Source: an uncultured virus (IMG/VR IMGVR_UViG_2623621010_000003)
Lineage: Duplodnaviria > Heunggongvirae > Uroviricota > Caudoviricetes
Direction: 5' to 3' (one strand)
Length of the DNA: 20,000 nt
Virus record (IMG/VR): IMGVR_UViG_2623621010_000003
This document shows positions 16,773 through 20,000 of this stretch, piece by piece (within the stretch, counting starts at the first letter, position 1; each line of letters opens with the position of its first letter). The position numbers and the translations under genes were made by a program. The notes beneath the pieces are model-generated. The model worked only from the letters and a program-made list of their open reading frames with translations. It was not told the DNA's origin and did not search any database.

Positions 16773-17060
16773 TTATCTTCTTAGGAAATTTTGATCTTCT
16801 TTATCCTCGAATTTCCTTTCACAATACTTATAGTTCTCTTCCTTACTTACATGACCATTAGCATGTACGCAGGAACAAAATAAAATTGCCTTGTTGTAAG
16901 GAATACTTTCAGGAACATCTACTCCATAACATTTCGAGTCAATATCTGACAATCGATTAGCAACTAACCACTTCCCAGAATAAAATGGATATGCAAACCC
17001 ACCAACTACCATGAGAAAGAGAACAATAATAGGAAAATTATTTTTTATGTAATTAATCAT
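16773..17060 (-). CDS. Small membrane-anchored 4-Cys protein, paralog B
   Basis: 95 aa. N-terminal TM helix, then CYGVDVPE...FCSCV...KEENYKYC. Confidence 0.8.
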   Translation of the reverse strand: MINYIKNNFPIIVLFLMVVGGFAYPFYSGKWLVANRLSDIDSKCYGVDVPESIPYNKAILFCSCVHANGHVSKEENYKYCERKFEDKEDQNFLRR

Positions 17061-17133
17061 TTGATTCTAAAAGATACTAAGTGAATGTGTTGGAGTATTA
17101 AATACTGTACTAAGACTCTGAAGAATTAAAAAT

Positions 17134-17418
17134 CTAGTCTTTAAAAATATCAAATATCGAAGGTTTAGATTTGGCTTCATCTATGCATGAAACTATTTTT
17201 TCTTCTTTGGGTCTAAAATCGTTGGGATTCTTTACACAATCACAGTAACTATCTAGCTTATTTTTTTCCAAGTTCTCAGGAACTGGAACACCAGAGCAAT
17301 CCTTTATATAGCCAACTTGTGGCGAGATCTTCACTCCCTTGTACATAAGGTATGGAATAAATAAGACGATTAAAACTAAAACAAATACTGGAAGGTTATT
17401 ATATATTTTACTTCGCAT
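17134..17418 (-). CDS. Small membrane-anchored 4-Cys protein, paralog A
   Basis: 94 aa from ATG 17418, which aligns with the start of paralog B. N-terminal TM helix, then CSGVPVPE...YCDCV...KEEKIVSC. Confidence 0.8.
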   Translation of the reverse strand: MRSKIYNNLPVFVLVLIVLFIPYLMYKGVKISPQVGYIKDCSGVPVPENLEKNKLDSYCDCVKNPNDFRPKEEKIVSCIDEAKSKPSIFDIFKD

Positions 17419-17442
17419 ATTTTTCTCAATGATCACTAATAC

Positions 17443-17473
17443 ACAAAAAGCCCATCGATTGATGAGCTTTTGT
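17443..17473 (-). terminator. tR'-like terminator of the late leader
   Basis: Minus strand AAAAGCTCATC-AATC-GATGGGC-TTTTTGT, about 35-65 nt after the predicted late start site. Confidence 0.85.
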
Positions 17474-17513
17474 CTTTGGTCTCGGTAGAACCGTAATACG
17501 ACCAGTATAGAAA

Positions 17514-17542
17514 AATATACCTTTAAATCTGGGACTATGCAA
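17514..17542 (-). promoter_or_regulatory. pR'-like late sigma70 promoter
   Basis: TTGCAT (17542-17537), 17-nt spacer, TATATT (17519-17514), immediately after the Q-like stop codon. Confidence 0.75.
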
Positions 17543-18235
17543 TCACAAATCGTATTCTTCAGCCACTTTAAAGAAATACCCTCTTAAATGCGCATCAAGG
17601 TCGAGTCGCCAATCATCCAACTTACTTAAAGCAAATTTTTCATATTGATCATACGTTTTTAAATATGCTTTTCGATCAATCGTCATGCATGAAATCCGAT
17701 GCCGTTCAGACTGGTTATATGCATTCTCCTTTTTGCCTTCACACTTGCTGCATTCGATATGCTTATTTTCAGCTTTAGAAAACACAAAGCCCTTACCATT
17801 GCATTTAGTGCATATTCCTCGCTTAAATAGAAACTGGATTAATGCTGAACGTGCAACTCCTTTAGCTGCATCTTTGGTAGTAATTTGCTTTGTCTTAAAA
17901 CCATCTTCTTGGAATTTTAAGCGGATCTCACTGGTTAATAAATTGTGCAGTAAAGCAAAGTGTCTATCTGTTGGGCCTGTCGATCTCACAAGTGCCCAGA
18001 GCATCGCACATTGTTCTGTTGCCATATCTTGCATCATCAATCCTGCACTATTGGCTTTGCTACCAAAATTAGATGATCCTCCAACATTATCTTTAAAACC
18101 ATCCATCGTTTTCTGTGCAAGATCAAGCAAAGTAAAATCTACAGAGGAAACACTTGGTGTGAATAATAAACGACGTAAATCATATGTGATTGCTAATTCT
18201 CTATGCTTTTCAAAACCTGCTTTTGCAGCATTCAT
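17543..18235 (-). CDS. Late antitermination protein, lambda Q-like (zinc finger)
   Basis: 230 aa with CTKCNGKG-x12-CSKCEG. Located after the resolvase and before a promoter-terminator leader. Confidence 0.75.
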   Translation of the reverse strand: MNAAKAGFEKHRELAITYDLRRLLFTPSVSSVDFTLLDLAQKTMDGFKDNVGGSSNFGSKANSAGLMMQDMATEQCAMLWALVRSTGPTDRHFALLHNLLTSEIRLKFQEDGFKTKQITTKDAAKGVARSALIQFLFKRGICTKCNGKGFVFSKAENKHIECSKCEGKKENAYNQSERHRISCMTIDRKAYLKTYDQYEKFALSKLDDWRLDLDAHLRGYFFKVAEEYDL

Positions 18236-18245
18236 TCTCTATCCC

Positions 18246-18677
18246 TCAAAATCTCGCAAAACGGCGGTGGACTAACATCGCTGCATCACGGGCATGTTCA
18301 TTGGTACGACCAAACCAACCCGTAATTCTTTTAAAGGTGTCCGCTTTATATTTGGTACTGTTGTTCTGTGGATGAATCATCTTGTGAAGATAACCTTGCT
18401 CCTTACACCAGTCTTCCCATATCTGCGCATCACGTTTAACAGATCCAACGCCCTGTGCCTTTTCACGGCCACCCGTAAACCAAGTACGTTGCCGAGCATC
18501 TTCTATATACAAGCAAACGTTTTGAATTCCCCATGCTTGTATCTCTGCTCGAACTTGCTCCATCGCCCTTGTGATCGATAAGGATGATACTTTCACCAAC
18601 TCACCGCCATTACCTCGGTCTGCTGCAACGGCGAAACCTGTATTTACCCCTGTATCAATTCCAATCATGATTTTCAT
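18246..18677 (-). CDS. RuvC-like (RNase H fold) Holliday junction resolvase
   Basis: IGIDTGVNTGFA...YIEDAR...NEHARDAAML. Start re-called at ATG 18677 (ATGA overlap with the upstream small ORF). 143 aa. Confidence 0.8.
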   Translation of the reverse strand: MKIMIGIDTGVNTGFAVAADRGNGGELVKVSSLSITRAMEQVRAEIQAWGIQNVCLYIEDARQRTWFTGGREKAQGVGSVKRDAQIWEDWCKEQGYLHKMIHPQNNSTKYKADTFKRITGWFGRTNEHARDAAMLVHRRFARF

Positions 18678-18841
18678 GCGTACATCGTCCCCAATTCGCT
18701 TTTGTTGTCTAAGAACATCTGATTGACTGCCCCGATGTATCCGCACCATCCAAAGACATCACTCCAGTAAGTCCAAACGCCGTTGGTGCAATTCCAAAAG
18801 GTTCCATCGTTTTCAATGTGTGTTGCGCCGTATGGAATCAT
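18674..18841 (-). CDS. Small 55 aa Trp-rich hypothetical protein
   Basis: Not in the ORF track. MIPYGATHIENDGTFWNCTNGVWTYWSDVFGWCGYIGAVNQMFLDNKSELGTMYA*, with ATGA overlaps at both ends. Confidence 0.85.
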   Translation of the reverse strand: MIPYGATHIENDGTFWNCTNGVWTYWSDVFGWCGYIGAVNQMFLDNKSELGTMYA

Positions 18842-19635
18842 GCTGCACCCCCAAATTTAACAACATGCCAATCGTTATCTTCTTTGGCCAATACACAACT
18901 GAATGAACAATCAATATCTGGCTCATCTTTATATCGACCTACATTTGGCTTGAGCTCGTCTAAGTAAATTGGACCATCATCGTTCTTTAAAATTGAATGC
19001 CCGATTTCTCGCTCAACTTTAGCCATTCTTGCGAAAGTCTCAGGAAAGTCTTTTCGAATCTTGTTCCAGTAGCCAGCTCCACCTTTCACACAACCAATGC
19101 AGTTGTTGTTCAAATATCCGAGTTTATACATTGCAGGTAATTCAATATTTGCGTCTTGTAACATTGCTAAGCAGTCTGCTTTAGTGAGCTCAGCTTCAAT
19201 TAATGGAAAGTAAGTTTGAAGAGTAGGATTTTTTTCCTCAAACTCTTGTGCTCTATCTATTTCCGTTAAGTCATAACCAAACACATGTAAGTCGCCATAT
19301 TCTTGAAATGAGCCACGGGGAATGCGTTTCAATTGAGTGGTACACGGTGCACCATTAGGACCTTTTAAAAAGTTCCTTCTACTAAAAACTTCATAAATTG
19401 AATTCTTTCCTTTTGGATATTGCGGGTTATAAAGTTTGATAATCTCCTGCCCAAACCATTGCTGACACTCATTGAAGAAACGTTCATTGTCGGTGTGTTC
19501 TTCAATAATCGGACTGTTGGCAATAACCACTGGAACATCAGGAAAAAGCTTTGAGGCTTGTTTAAGCATGATTTTTGTTGCTACAGCCGAAGCTGCTCCA
19601 CAGCTAAACCAGCAAACGATGCGCTGTACTTTCAT
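18838..19635 (-). CDS. PAPS-reductase-like / adenine nucleotide alpha-hydrolase (PP-loop) protein
   Basis: VCWFSCGAASAVA (PP-loop variant), APCTTQLKR, VFGYD, GYLNNNCIGCVKGG. Start re-called at 19635 (GGAGG RBS, ATGA overlap). 265 aa. Confidence 0.8.
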   Translation of the reverse strand: MKVQRIVCWFSCGAASAVATKIMLKQASKLFPDVPVVIANSPIIEEHTDNERFFNECQQWFGQEIIKLYNPQYPKGKNSIYEVFSRRNFLKGPNGAPCTTQLKRIPRGSFQEYGDLHVFGYDLTEIDRAQEFEEKNPTLQTYFPLIEAELTKADCLAMLQDANIELPAMYKLGYLNNNCIGCVKGGAGYWNKIRKDFPETFARMAKVEREIGHSILKNDDGPIYLDELKPNVGRYKDEPDIDCSFSCVLAKEDNDWHVVKFGGAA

Positions 19636-20000
19636 GCCACCTCCTTCAAGTTGCCACTGAAGCCAACCTGTTTCAGGTAGGGTTCCCATTTTATGGCTTG
19701 GGTTGGATCTTCAAGTTTTACGGCGATACGTGCTGCGAGTTTTTCAAAGGACTCTCCTGGTTCGCTGTACTTGCTTGAAAATTCTGGATGGTGTGCAAGT
19801 TTCTGTGCGAAGGTCGCAATCTGTTTTTCAGTCAGGTGTTTTGGGTTATTCGCTGTAGGTGTTTTGCTGTATCCCGCTTTGGTCTCTTGGGAGTACTTGC
19901 TTCGATAGGCGTTCAGCAACCAATCAGCAAAGTGGAAGTTCATGAGTTCATCGCAAAGGGATTTGTCTTGGTTGTAAAACTCAAATGCTCGTTTTTCCCG
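19632..20000 (-). CDS. Putative phage replication protein, C-terminal part (starts outside the window)
   Basis: The frame stays open from 19943 to the window edge (REKRAFEFYNQDKSLCDELM...). C-terminal LTEKQIATFAQKLAHHPEF...ESFEKLAARI resembles Rep C-termini, and the position upstream of the nin-like region fits. Confidence 0.55.
   Translation of the reverse strand, partial: REKRAFEFYNQDKSLCDELMNFHFADWLLNAYRSKYSQETKAGYSKTPTANNPKHLTEKQIATFAQKLAHHPEFSSKYSEPGESFEKLAARIAVKLEDPTQAIKWEPYLKQVGFSGNLKEVA

Larger units (their letters stand above)
1..20000 (-). mobile_element. HK97-like siphovirus prophage, late-control/packaging/head/tail region; both ends lie outside the window
   Basis: Continuous co-oriented lambdoid gene order Q-HNH-terS-terL-portal-protease-capsid-neck-tube-chaperone-tape measure-tail tip. 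No att site or integrase in the window. Confidence 0.96.

Noticed and set aside
17685..18275. 196 aa plus-strand ORF antisense to the Q-like gene
   Set aside because: Shadow of the real minus-strand gene, with no evident RBS or recognisable motifs. An anti-Q antisense RNA cannot be excluded but is not supported.
18678..18749. N-terminal extension of the resolvase; likewise 19636-19689 for the PAPS-like gene and 15116-15196 for the CxxC ORF
   Set aside because: Better starts with an RBS or ATGA coupling exist downstream, and the extensions overlap other genes or terminators.
1..20000. tRNA, CRISPR array, IS element, integrase/att site, reverse transcriptase or DGR repeats
   Set aside because: I saw no cloverleaf, spaced direct-repeat array, transposase, recombinase or RT motifs.

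Overview
The whole window is an internal segment of a temperate, HK97-like long-tailed (siphovirus) prophage, with essentially all genes on the minus strand. An Acinetobacter host is likely, inferred from the AT-rich composition and the protein families. In transcription order (right to left) it carries: the end of a replication protein, a PAPS-reductase-like PP-loop protein, a small unannotated ORF, a RuvC-like resolvase, a zinc-finger Q-like antiterminator, and a pR'-like late promoter with a tR'-like terminator. An AT-rich accessory island follows (two paralogous 4-Cys membrane proteins, gene remnants, a secreted tandem TonB C-terminal-domain protein). Next come two overlapping small ORFs, HNH, a putative cos region with AGTTAACTTTT repeats, terS, a small ORF, terL, portal, protease, major capsid, neck genes and tail tube. 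The tail chaperone has a lambda-type GGGAAAG -1 frameshift, and the tape measure protein carries an embedded M15-like Zn-peptidase motif set. A secreted 4-Cys accessory gene and two tail-tip genes end the window. The best candidates for new biology are the periplasmic accessory proteins: an anchorless double TonB_C 'decoy', a possible tape-measure-peptidase/inhibitor pair, and the tandem Cys-rich paralogs. All functional calls come from motif recognition and synteny; no database searches were run.
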